Assembly (NCBI GenBank): GCA_011526105.1
Contig: WYAZ01000107.1
Span: forward strand, 12,865 to 76,864
Source of the DNA: Deltaproteobacteria bacterium
Lineage (GTDB): Bacteria; Myxococcota; Kuafuiibacteriia; Kuafuiibacteriales; Kuafuiibacteriaceae
DNA: 64,000 nucleotides
Reading direction: 5' to 3'
The position numbers and the translations under genes were made by a program. Positions 8,514 through 17,330 of the stretch are shown piece by piece (position 1 is the first letter of the stretch; the number at the start of each line of letters is the position of its first letter). The notes beneath the pieces were generated by a model. That model did not search any database. It was not told the origin of the DNA and saw only the letters and a list, made by a program, of their open reading frames with translations.

Positions 8514-9875
8514 ATGAAGCCGTGGGCCCTGAGGAGCGATCGAGTCTTCGTGGGTGGCGCTTTCGCCCCCCGGATCATCCTTGTCCGCGATGGTCGCATC
8601 GAGGCGATCGAGTCCGCATCGACGCCGGTCCACGATCGACCGCTTCGTGACTTCGGCGCGCACGTGGTGATGCCCGGGCTCGTGGACACGCACGTTCACC
8701 TCAACCAACCTGGACGCACGGAATGGGAGGGATTCGAGACCGCGACTCGCGCCGCCGCTCGCGGCGGCATCACCACACTCGTCGACATGCCTCTCAATTC
8801 CATCCCCCCGACCACGCGGGTTGCGGCCTTCGAGCAGAAGCTCGACTCGGCCCGAGGTCGTGTGTTTGTCGATCTGGGTTTCTGGGGCGGCGTGGTGCCC
8901 GGCAACGCAGGCGACCTTGTGCCACTGCTCGAGCGAGGTGTGCTCGGCTTCAAGTGCTTCATGATCGACTCGGGGGTGCCTGAGTTTCAGCACTCGGGTG
9001 AAGCGGACATCCGCGAGGCGCTGCTCGTGCTCAAAGATACGGGCGCACCGCTTCTGGCGCACGCGGAGCTCGAGCCACCCATCGCACTCGCCGCGCTGAA
9101 GCTGAAGGGCAAAGACTTCCGCCGCTACGCCACCTTCCTCGCCTCCCGGCCGCCCGAGGCCGAAGACCAAGCGGTGCGGCTCCTGGCCGAACTCGCGGCG
9201 GCGACCGGTGCTCGTGTGCACGTCGTTCATCAAGCCTCCGCGGGAAGTCTCGGAATCTTTGAAGCGGCGAAGAACGATGGCCACCGGCTCTCGGGCGAGA
9301 CCTGCCCTCACTACCTTCACTTCGCGGCGGAGCAGATCCCGGACGGCGCGACGCAGTACAAGTGCGTCCCGCCGATTCGCGAGTCTTCGCACCGCGATGC
9401 CCTCTGGAGCGCGCTTCTGACCGGAGTGCTGGACTGTGTCGTCTCGGACCACTCGCCATGCACGCCGAGCCTGAAGCAACCCGAGCTCGGAGACTTCGGC
9501 CAGGCCTGGGGGGGCATTTCGTCCGTGCAACTCACCTTGCCGGTGACCTGGTCGGGCCTGCGGGCTCGTGGTCTCGGGATGGAGCGGCTGCCCCAGTGGA
9601 TGAGCGAGCATCCCGCACGGCTCGCCGGGCTCACCCAAAAGGGCGCCATCGCGGTCGGCAAGGACGCGGACTTTGTGGTTTGGGACCCGGAGGCCGAAGT
9701 GCAGATCTGCGGCGCCGACCTCTCCCATCGACACGCGATCACCCCGTATGAAGGAGAGCGCTTGCTCGGGAAGGTGTTCGCCACGTATGTCCGAGGTCGT
9801 GCGGTGTTCGAAGACGGCGTGCTGCTCGGCCCACCGGCCGGTGAGCTGCTGCTCGGCCGCAGAGGTTCCGTATGA
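8514..9875 (+). CDS. allB: allantoinase
   Basis: 453 aa. PGLVDTHVHLNQPGRTEWEGFETATRAAARGGITTLVDMPLNS is the allantoinase/cyclic amidohydrolase signature. Confidence 0.9.
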   Translation: MKPWALRSDRVFVGGAFAPRIILVRDGRIEAIESASTPVHDRPLRDFGAHVVMPGLVDTHVHLNQPGRTEWEGFETATRAAARGGITTLVDMPLNSIPPTTRVAAFEQKLDSARGRVFVDLGFWGGVVPGNAGDLVPLLERGVLGFKCFMIDSGVPEFQHSGEADIREALLVLKDTGAPLLAHAELEPPIALAALKLKGKDFRRYATFLASRPPEAEDQAVRLLAELAAATGARVHVVHQASAGSLGIFEAAKNDGHRLSGETCPHYLHFAAEQIPDGATQYKCVPPIRESSHRDALWSALLTGVLDCVVSDHSPCTPSLKQPELGDFGQAWGGISSVQLTLPVTWSGLRARGLGMERLPQWMSEHPARLAGLTQKGAIAVGKDADFVVWDPEAEVQICGADLSHRHAITPYEGERLLGKVFATYVRGRAVFEDGVLLGPPAGELLLGRRGSV

Positions 9876-10876
9876 ACGACAAGCCCATGCCCGCCCACTG
9901 GATTGACCTCGCGTCCGCACGTGTCGGTGGTCGCGCGCTCGTCACCAATGACGAGTTCTTCGCCGGCAAGGAGAATCTCCTCCGCGAGGCAGACGCGGTG
10001 TTTGATCCGCATGCCTACACCGACCGCGGCAAGCTGATGGATGGCTGGGAGTCTCGTCGCAGGCGGGAGGACGGCCACGACTGGTGTGTTGTTCGGCTCG
10101 GGATCCCCGGGCTCGTGCGTCGCGTCGTCGTGGACACCGCGTTCTTTCGCGGCAACTTCCCGGCGCAGTGCTCGGTCGATGCGTGTTTCGTCGACGAAGT
10201 GCCATCGCTCTCGTGGCTCGCGAACGAAGCCCCCTGGCAGAACATGGTGCAGCGGACCGACCTTCAGGGTGACTGCAAGAACGCGGTCGAGGTCTCGAGT
10301 TCACACCGAGTGAGCCATCTCCGGCTCAACATCTTCCCCGACGGCGGGGTGGCGCGCCTTCGCGTCCACGGCGAAGCCGCACCCGACTGGAAGGAGCTCG
10401 CGTCCCGGGGCCAGGTCGATCTCGCCGCTCTCGAGAACGGTGGGGTCGCGCTGTCTTGCAGCGATATGTTCTTCTCCGACCGGAACAACCTCTTGCGGCC
10501 CGGACTCAGCACCCATATGGGCGACGGCTGGGAGACCAAGCGCCGCCGCGGCCCCGGACACGACTGGGTCGTGGTGAAGCTGGGACACCCCGGGGTCATC
10601 GAGCGGGTTGTCGTCGACACCAGCCACTTCAAGGGCAACGCACCGGCGTCCTGTGATCTCGACTTCGCCACCGACCCGAGCGCCAGCGTCGATGATCTCG
10701 GCCGTCGTGAAGAACTCTGGACCCCGCTCAGCGCGCGTCGTCCGCTCATCCCCGACAACGTACACGAGTTTCGCGTGGACTCGAGAGCTCAGGCCGCAAC
10801 CCACGTGCGCCTGCGCATCCATCCGGACGGAGGGGTGGCCCGGCTCCGCGTGTTCGGCCGGGTCGCCTCGGCATGA
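9872..10876 (+). CDS. alc: allantoicase
   Basis: Two allantoicase repeats: MDGWESRRRREDGHDWCVVRLG and GDGWETKRRRGPGHDWVVVKLG. ATGA overlap with allB. Confidence 0.9.
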   Translation: MNDKPMPAHWIDLASARVGGRALVTNDEFFAGKENLLREADAVFDPHAYTDRGKLMDGWESRRRREDGHDWCVVRLGIPGLVRRVVVDTAFFRGNFPAQCSVDACFVDEVPSLSWLANEAPWQNMVQRTDLQGDCKNAVEVSSSHRVSHLRLNIFPDGGVARLRVHGEAAPDWKELASRGQVDLAALENGGVALSCSDMFFSDRNNLLRPGLSTHMGDGWETKRRRGPGHDWVVVKLGHPGVIERVVVDTSHFKGNAPASCDLDFATDPSASVDDLGRREELWTPLSARRPLIPDNVHEFRVDSRAQAATHVRLRIHPDGGVARLRVFGRVASA

Positions 10877-11379
10877 GCGGACTAGACCGTCTCAACCACC
10901 TGTCGCCGAGCGAGGCGCAAGCCGCCTTGCGACAGTGCTGTGGTTCGGAGGCGTGGGCGCGGCTCATGGGTGATGCGCGCCCTTTTGCCTCCTTCGGGGC
11001 GCTCACCGCCGCCGCGGACCGAAGCTTCGATGCGCTAACGCCCGAGGACTGGATGGAGGCCTTTGCGTCGCACCCTCGGCTCGGTGAGAAGAAGAACGTG
11101 CATCAAAGCGACACTGCGAACGCGTGGTCTGCTTCGGAGCAGAGCAGAGTGGAGGATGCCGAGGTCGATACGAAGCGGACGCTCGCCGAGCTGAACGAGC
11201 GGTACTTCCAGAAGTACGGCTTCACGTTCATTCTGTGTGCCAGCGGGCGCTCAGCGGCCGAGATGGTCGACTCGGTTCGGTCGCGACTCGGAAACTCGAA
11301 GGAAGAAGAACGGCGCATCGCCGCCGGAGAGCAGCGCAAGATTACGCGCTTGCGACTAGAGAGGCTGGTTTTGGCATGA
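10873..11379 (+). CDS. uraD: 2-oxo-4-hydroxy-4-carboxy-5-ureidoimidazoline (OHCU) decarboxylase
   Basis: 168 aa. LRQCCGSEAWARLM... and AFASHPRLGE motifs. 4-nt overlaps with alc and uraH. Confidence 0.85.
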   Translation: MSGLDRLNHLSPSEAQAALRQCCGSEAWARLMGDARPFASFGALTAAADRSFDALTPEDWMEAFASHPRLGEKKNVHQSDTANAWSASEQSRVEDAEVDTKRTLAELNERYFQKYGFTFILCASGRSAAEMVDSVRSRLGNSKEEERRIAAGEQRKITRLRLERLVLA

Positions 11380-11711
11380 CGGTATCCACTCACATTCTCG
11401 ACACCGCAAAGGGCCGACCCGCGGCCGGCGTGAAGGTCGTCATCGAGCGCAAGGAGCTGAGCGGCTTCACGCCCATCGCCTCCGCGGTCACGGATGACGA
11501 TGGGCGCGTGAAGCAACTACTTTCTGCGAACCAGAGCACGGCCGGTGAATATCGGGCCACCTTCGATGTGGGGGCGTATTTTGCGAACCACGGCGATAAG
11601 TCGTTCTATCCCGAGGTGCACGTCATCTTCACGATCGAGGCGCCCGCGGAGCACTACCACGTGCCTCTGCTTCTGAGCCCTTTCGGCTACTCCACGTACC
11701 GGGGGTCTTGA
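11376..11711 (+). CDS. uraH: 5-hydroxyisourate hydrolase (transthyretin-like)
   Basis: 111 aa from an internal ATG of the 195-aa ORF. STHILDTAKGRPAAGV... and the diagnostic C-terminal HVPLLLSPFGYSTYRGS. Confidence 0.9.
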   Translation: MTVSTHILDTAKGRPAAGVKVVIERKELSGFTPIASAVTDDDGRVKQLLSANQSTAGEYRATFDVGAYFANHGDKSFYPEVHVIFTIEAPAEHYHVPLLLSPFGYSTYRGS

Positions 11712-11715
11712 GCTC

Positions 11716-13257
11716 CTAGGGTCGAAAGCTTCGAACGATCTGAACGAGCCCGTCCACGGTCTCGGGCTGAGTGGCGAGATCTGGGTTCGCCGGCATGAGC
11801 GGGCTCTTGCCCACCGGGACGCCACCTTCGAGGATAACCTTCTTCAGCCCCGCGTCGTCGACCGACGCTTGCCACCCTGGATCCGAAAACGCGCGCGGGC
11901 GCGGGTTGAGGCTCGCGCTGGCTGGGCCGTCACCCTGGCCCGAGGCTCCGTGGCACAACGCGCAGCGAGACTCGTAGATGGCCCACGCGGCGTGGCTCTT
12001 CGGCGGGGAGATGGCTTTGGGGCCTGATGCGGTCGTGCTGGTGGGCAGGGGCGCTACAGGCGCTCGAGGTTCGGTCTTGAACACCTGGGCTCCGGCCTCG
12101 TACCAGGCCGCGATCACGCCCCGCTCTTCCTCAGTGATGCCGGTGAGGTTGGCGAGCGGCATGACGCGATGGAGCGCGGTGGTCTCGTAGATCGCGCGCG
12201 CGTGCCGTTCGATGTCGTCCGGGCGATCGAAGGCGAATCCGAGCGGCGCCGAGGCAAAGGCCGGATGGCCCGGAGTCTGGGCGTGACACAAGAGGCATCG
12301 ACGCGTGATGACGCCGTGCGCCTCTGCGAAGCCCACCGCCGCGGTCGGTCGGACAACCCGCGGACGGGGCGAGGACACGAGCGCGAGCCCGATCATGCCG
12401 GCGGCGGCGGCCGGGAGCAGCCAGGGGGCTTTGATGCCCCGGCCATGGAGATTGAAGTAGTGGCGAGCCATCGCCCCGCACACAAAGAGGCCGACCAACA
12501 ACCCCCAGGCCATGGGATGGCCGTAGGTGAAGGGGAAGTGGTTGCTGATCATGATGAACAGCACCGGCAGCGTGAAGTAGTTGTTGTGAAGAGAGCGCCG
12601 CGCGGCCCCGATGCCGAACTTCGCTTCGGGCTCCCTGCCCGCGAGCATGGCGTCCACCATCACCCGTTGGTTGGGGATGATGACGAAGAAGACGTTGGCC
12701 GCCATGATGGTGCCCAGCGACGCGCCCACGTGAAGATAGGCGGCCCGCGGGCCGAGCACTTGCTCGAGCCCGTAGGCGAGGCCCGCGACCAGCACCAATC
12801 CGAGCGCGAAGAAGGCCAGGCCCTTCTCCACCAGAGGGGTTCGGCACAAGAGGTCGTACACGAACCAAGAGAGGATGAGCGCGGCGACGCCGACGCTGAC
12901 CGCCGCCACAGGCGAGATGCTCGAGACACCCGGGTCCACCATGAACACCTTCGCGTTCAAGTAGTAGACGGTGATGAGGAGACAGACGCCGGTGACCCAC
13001 GTGAGGTAGGCCTCCCACTTGAACCAGTGCAGGATCTTTGGGAGCTTCTCGGGGGCGACCTTGTACTTGATGACCCGGTAGAAGGCGCCGCCGTGGACCG
13101 ACCACAACCCGCCCGCGACTTCACTTGGCTGATCGTCTTCCTCGCGGATGTGGTTGTTGAGCCACGTGAAGTAGAACGACGTCCCGATCCACGCCGCTCC
13201 AAACACGAAGTGGAGCCAGCGAAAGACGAGCGCCAGCCAGTCGATGGCGTCGTTCAT
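11716..13257 (-). CDS. puuD: urate hydroxylase PuuD (integral-membrane cytochrome c urate oxidase)
   Basis: Start MNDAIDWLALVFRWLHFVFGAAWIGTSFYFTWLNN...LHWFKWEAYLTWVTG (PuuD membrane domain). C-terminal cytochrome c modules CLLCH and CALCH. The ORF is open further upstream, but that part overlaps the preceding gene. Confidence 0.85.
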   Translation of the reverse strand: MNDAIDWLALVFRWLHFVFGAAWIGTSFYFTWLNNHIREEDDQPSEVAGGLWSVHGGAFYRVIKYKVAPEKLPKILHWFKWEAYLTWVTGVCLLITVYYLNAKVFMVDPGVSSISPVAAVSVGVAALILSWFVYDLLCRTPLVEKGLAFFALGLVLVAGLAYGLEQVLGPRAAYLHVGASLGTIMAANVFFVIIPNQRVMVDAMLAGREPEAKFGIGAARRSLHNNYFTLPVLFIMISNHFPFTYGHPMAWGLLVGLFVCGAMARHYFNLHGRGIKAPWLLPAAAAGMIGLALVSSPRPRVVRPTAAVGFAEAHGVITRRCLLCHAQTPGHPAFASAPLGFAFDRPDDIERHARAIYETTALHRVMPLANLTGITEEERGVIAAWYEAGAQVFKTEPRAPVAPLPTSTTASGPKAISPPKSHAAWAIYESRCALCHGASGQGDGPASASLNPRPRAFSDPGWQASVDDAGLKKVILEGGVPVGKSPLMPANPDLATQPETVDGLVQIVRSFRP

Positions 13258-14687
13258 GCTTTCTTGCGCCGGTTCTCGACGATCGTCGGAAAGGAGCGGC
13301 TCTGCAGCTCCTCCATGGTCAGCCCGGTGGCGAGTGCCTCGGATTCGAGGAGTGCGCCGCAGGATATTCCGCGCAGGAAGTAATTGAGTAGACCCTGGCC
13401 GGTCGCGGCGTCGTCGAAGACATCCCCCACCAAGGTCGCTTGGGCCGCCACCTTGATGAAGTTCTGAAGACGCATCGAGGTCGCGGGCAGGTCGCGGAGA
13501 AAGAAGTCGAAGACCGCGGCGTATCGAGTGGCGAGCTGCCCGGGATGCAGATCCCAGCCCTGGTAGTAGCCGTTTCGCAGCGAATGCTGGATGTGGCGCA
13601 CGTGCAGGCGCCACGCGTCGTGGACCACGCGAAGGTTCTCGGCCTGTTCTTGCGCGCTGAGCTGCTCTCCCCTGTGAGGAGGCACGGGCATGATATTGGT
13701 CGCGCCGTCCGAGATGGGGATGCCGGTGCTCCCGAAGGTCGTGGTCATGACGTGTTTGGCGTGATCACACGCCATGTGCGCCATGTCTTGATAGCTCGCG
13801 GTCACGCCGCAGCCGGCGGTGTAGTCGTAGGTTCCAAAGTGCGCGCCGGCGAGGCGACCTTCACCTGCGTCGATCCACTGAGGCATCATGCTGCGGCCGT
13901 CGAAGTCGAGGATGGACTGCGTGGTCTCGACCATGACCTCGAAACGCAACGTCTTGGGCGGTAGCCCGAGTCCTCGCTCGAGCTCCGAGAGCACGGAGAC
14001 GAGGATCCGCACCTGCTCGACGTGTGTGATCTTGGGTAAGGTGACGAAGAAGCCGTCCCATCGACCGCCGCTTTTCGCATAGGTGGTCGCGAACAGGTCG
14101 AGGGTGCGCAGGCTTCGCTGCCACAGGCCTTGGGTCAGCGGCTTGATGCGAATGCCACAGAACGGCGATGAGACGCCGGAGGTCACGGCTTCTGCGAGGG
14201 CTTTGGCCGCTCGCTCGGCGTGATGATCCTCTTCCGTGTCGGGGCGGCTCCCAAAACCGTCCTCGAAGTCGATGCGGAAGTCCTCCACCGCCTCTCGAGC
14301 GAGCTTGGCCCGAACGCGCTCGAACACGCGGTGGGCGCGCCAAGCCGCCGGGTGTGCAGCTTCGATGGCCTCGTTCGAGGACTCCAAGCTCTTGGTGAGC
14401 GACTCGATCTTCGATCGGGTCGTGGGCAGCGTCTCCGCGCCCTCGAGATCGATGGCGCGAGCGAAGGTACAGAAGTCGGAACCGTAGCGTTCGAGATGAG
14501 CGAGGGCGAGCTCGCCCAGCTTCTTGATGGTGTTGGCCTCGAAAAGCTGCGCTCCGCCGTACACCGTGTGCACCGGCTGCCGCGCTCCGGACTCACCGCG
14601 GTAGCGTAGCGCGAGGGCCTCGTGCACCGGTGAGAGGCGAGCTTGGAGTGTGGTCAGGTACGAATCGCTGAGATGAGTTCTGGGCAT
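13254..14687 (-). CDS. uncharacterised CitE / HpcH / malate-synthase-like TIM-barrel protein
   Basis: 477 aa. Three family-type motifs in the right order: FRIDFEDGFG (DxED), FEVMVETTQSIL (hhhE[TS]) and GAHFGTYDYTAGCG (G..D[LY]....G). ATGA stop/start overlap with puuD. Confidence 0.55.
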   Translation of the reverse strand: MPRTHLSDSYLTTLQARLSPVHEALALRYRGESGARQPVHTVYGGAQLFEANTIKKLGELALAHLERYGSDFCTFARAIDLEGAETLPTTRSKIESLTKSLESSNEAIEAAHPAAWRAHRVFERVRAKLAREAVEDFRIDFEDGFGSRPDTEEDHHAERAAKALAEAVTSGVSSPFCGIRIKPLTQGLWQRSLRTLDLFATTYAKSGGRWDGFFVTLPKITHVEQVRILVSVLSELERGLGLPPKTLRFEVMVETTQSILDFDGRSMMPQWIDAGEGRLAGAHFGTYDYTAGCGVTASYQDMAHMACDHAKHVMTTTFGSTGIPISDGATNIMPVPPHRGEQLSAQEQAENLRVVHDAWRLHVRHIQHSLRNGYYQGWDLHPGQLATRYAAVFDFFLRDLPATSMRLQNFIKVAAQATLVGDVFDDAATGQGLLNYFLRGISCGALLESEALATGLTMEELQSRSFPTIVENRRKKA

Positions 14688-14697
14688 GGCGCTCTCT

Positions 14698-16080
14698 TCA
14701 GTTCTCTTCGGGACGATAGGCCTCGGCGTCGAGATCGAAGCGTTTCAGCCATCGGTAAACCTGTTGACGGTGTCGATTCAGCGCTCGCGCGACCTGCGCG
14801 ACGTTTCCACCGTGCGTACGGAGCAGCAGGGCAAGCTCTTCGCGCGAGGGCGGCTCTTCTTCTACGACGACCTCCGAGCTCGGCGGCACCGGAGCGCTGC
14901 TGGGTCGAGGGCCGGGGCTCTGACTCGTGGGTTTGGGTTTGAGGTGCGGGGGCAGAGCGTTGAGCCCCACGCGGTCGAGGTTCTGAACGAAGAGGCGGGT
15001 TCGTTCGGCGGCGTGTTTCAGCTCTCGGATGTTTTGCGGCCAGTCGTGAACCAGCAACGCTTCCGCCGCTTCGGTGCTGAGGGGCTTCGCGGCGACGCCG
15101 AGGAAGTGACGAAAGAACGGGAGGATCTCCTCGCGGCGCTCCGAGAGCGCGGGGAGATCGAGCACGAAGCCCGCGAGCCGCGCGTAGAGGTCTTCGCGAA
15201 ACAAGCCCCGCTCCACCAGCCGGTCGAGTGCTTGATGCGTGGCGGCGATGACCCGAACGTCGACCTCGATCTCGCGATCGGATCCCACCGGACGCACCTT
15301 TCCCTCTTGCAGTGCTCTAAGGAGGGCCGGTTGCTGTTCGAGAGGGAGCTCCGCGATCTCGTCGAGGAAGAGTGTGCCGCCATCTGCGGCCGCGAACAGG
15401 CCAGAGCGCGCCGCCTTGGCCCCGGAGAACGCGCCCGCGGTGTGTCCAAAGAGCTCGCTGCCGATGAGTTCGCGAGAGAAGGTGGAGCAGTTGACCGCAA
15501 CCAGCTTGCCAGGGCGGCGGCTCCGCTCGTGGATCCGATGGGACATGACCTCTTTGCCGGCGCCGGTGGGACCGATGATCAGAATGGGCAGCTCGGTGGG
15601 GGCGGCGAGATCGGCGCCCGCCTCCGCGAGCGCTCGCGCCGGGGAGACACCCGGGCTCAGCTCGGGCGTGGCGAGGCCATCGGGCACGACGATTTCGGAG
15701 TAGACGAGGATGGTGTCGCCGATGCGAAGCACAGCCCCGGCCGTGAGTTCGGCCCGGTCGAGCTTGTGACCGTTGAGAAAGCTCCCGTTCTTGCTGCCCA
15801 GGTCTTTGGCGATGAAGCACCCGCTGCGTTTGTCGAACCCGACTTCGAGATGTTGGCGGCTCGCACGCGCGTCATCGAGGGTGATGCCGTCGGGTCCTGG
15901 CTCGCGGCCGAAGACCAGGGTGCCCTTGTCCTCGAGTTCAAAGAAGGTCTCGCCCGCGACGAGCTCGCGCGGCGGTACACCCTGACCATCCTGGGCCAGG
16001 GTCAGCGTTCGGATGCGCCGTTCCCGGAGGAGCTCCGGCGTGGGCGCGATCTCCGTGGTCATCGACGGAGGAATGCGCAT
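14698..16080 (-). CDS. sigma54-dependent transcriptional activator with N-terminal FHA domain
   Basis: FHA: LVFGREPGPDGITLDDARASRQHLEV...KDLGSKNGSFLNG. AAA+ region: GPTGAGKE, GAFSGA (GAFTGA variant), LFLDEI. C-terminal Fis-type HTH: NVAQVARALNRHRQQVYRWLKRF. Confidence 0.9.
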   Translation of the reverse strand: MRIPPSMTTEIAPTPELLRERRIRTLTLAQDGQGVPPRELVAGETFFELEDKGTLVFGREPGPDGITLDDARASRQHLEVGFDKRSGCFIAKDLGSKNGSFLNGHKLDRAELTAGAVLRIGDTILVYSEIVVPDGLATPELSPGVSPARALAEAGADLAAPTELPILIIGPTGAGKEVMSHRIHERSRRPGKLVAVNCSTFSRELIGSELFGHTAGAFSGAKAARSGLFAAADGGTLFLDEIAELPLEQQPALLRALQEGKVRPVGSDREIEVDVRVIAATHQALDRLVERGLFREDLYARLAGFVLDLPALSERREEILPFFRHFLGVAAKPLSTEAAEALLVHDWPQNIRELKHAAERTRLFVQNLDRVGLNALPPHLKPKPTSQSPGPRPSSAPVPPSSEVVVEEEPPSREELALLLRTHGGNVAQVARALNRHRQQVYRWLKRFDLDAEAYRPEEN

Positions 16081-16152
16081 GAGAGGCCCGGGAGCCGTAA
16101 CCTAGAGGGGCACCCTAGGCAATCCCGGATCTCGGATGATACTGGAGCCGAG

Positions 16153-17286
16153 ATGCACCCTGCCTATACCGAGGAGCACCAGGCCTTCCGCGCGCTGGTT
16201 CGTCGATTCGTCGAGACCGAGGTCACCCCCCATGTGGAGGCCTGGGAAGAGGCCAAGAGCTTCCCTCGCGCGCTCTACCGGAAGGCGGGCGAGGTGGGGC
16301 TGCTCGGGGTCGGCTATCCGGAGGCGTACGGCGGCACCCCGGCCGACATCTTCTACTCCATCGTGCTCTGTGAGGAGGTGGCCAAGGCAGGCAGCGGCGG
16401 CGTCAGCGCGGGTCTTCTCTCTCACGGCATCGCCATCCCGCCGATCGTCGCGCTTGGATCCGCGGCCCTGAAGGCCAAGGTTGTGCCCACGGTGATCCGC
16501 GGGGAGAAGATCGCGGCGCTCGCGGTCACCGAACCCTCCGGAGGCTCGGACGTGGCCAACCTTCAGACCACGGCCCGCCGCGAAGGCGAGCACTTCGTCG
16601 TGAGCGGTTCCAAGACGTTCATCACCTCCGGGATGCGCGCAGACTTCTACACCGTCGCGGTTCGAACGGGCGGCGAAGGTATGGGTGGGATCTCACTGCT
16701 CCTCATCGATCGCGACACCCCGGGCTTCACGGCCACGCCGCTCGAGAAGATGGGGTGGTGGGCCTCCGACACTGCCACCTTGTACTTCGACGAGTGCCGC
16801 GTCCCGGTCTCGAACCTCATCGGGGAAGAGAACCAAGGCTTCTTCGGGCTCATGCTCAACTTCAACCACGAGCGCATCGCGATCGCGGCGAACGCGTATG
16901 CCTTCTCCGCCGTCTGCTACGAGGAGGCGGTGGCCTGGGCTCGGGAGCGTGTGACCTTTGGGAGACCGCTCCTCAGTCGCCAGGTGATTCGTCACAAGCT
17001 CGTGGACATGGCGATGCACATCCACTCCACCCGGTGTTTCCTCGAAGCCACCGCGTATCGAGTGATGCAGGGCGAGTCCCCGATCGCAGAGATCTGCATG
17101 CTCAAGAACCACGCCACGCAGTGCCTGGAGCACTGCGCGAAGGAGGCGGTTCAGATCCTCGGCGGCGCCGGGTACATTCGGGGCGCGAAGTCGGAGCGCA
17201 TCTACCGCGAGACGAAGGTCCTCGCCATCGGCGGCGGGGCGGAGGAGATCATGAAGGAGCTCGCCTCCAAACACCTCGGCTGGTGA
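16153..17286 (+). CDS. acyl-CoA dehydrogenase
   Basis: 377 aa from an internal ATG of an 866-aa ORF; the 5' part of that ORF is antisense to the sigma54 activator. ALAVTEPSGGSDVANL, GSKTFITSG, ILGGAGYIRG...ERIYRETKVLAIGGGAEEI. Confidence 0.9.
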   Translation: MHPAYTEEHQAFRALVRRFVETEVTPHVEAWEEAKSFPRALYRKAGEVGLLGVGYPEAYGGTPADIFYSIVLCEEVAKAGSGGVSAGLLSHGIAIPPIVALGSAALKAKVVPTVIRGEKIAALAVTEPSGGSDVANLQTTARREGEHFVVSGSKTFITSGMRADFYTVAVRTGGEGMGGISLLLIDRDTPGFTATPLEKMGWWASDTATLYFDECRVPVSNLIGEENQGFFGLMLNFNHERIAIAANAYAFSAVCYEEAVAWARERVTFGRPLLSRQVIRHKLVDMAMHIHSTRCFLEATAYRVMQGESPIAEICMLKNHATQCLEHCAKEAVQILGGAGYIRGAKSERIYRETKVLAIGGGAEEIMKELASKHLGW

Positions 17287-17330
17287 CCTGACGCTCGCGC
17301 AGACGGTCCGCGCCGTGTTAGATCCCGAAC

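Noticed and set aside
14700-14760. TGGCTGAAACGCTTCG on the minus strand inside the end of the activator gene, as a sigma54 promoter for the CitE-like/puuD pair.
   Set aside because: The -12 element is TTCG rather than TTGC, the spacing is off by one, and it lies in coding sequence.
16107-16125. GGGGCACCCTAGGCAAT in the divergent spacer between the sigma54 activator and the acyl-CoA dehydrogenase, as a possible -24/-12 promoter.
   Set aside because: The GG to GC spacing is two nucleotides too short, and TGGCAC and TTGC are both imperfect. It does not fit sigma54 geometry.
14686-16152. The 5' two-thirds of the 866-aa + strand ORF that ends as the acyl-CoA dehydrogenase.
   Set aside because: This part is antisense to the well-supported FHA-sigma54 activator and has no recognisable domains. 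The dehydrogenase family N-terminus begins at ATG 16153.
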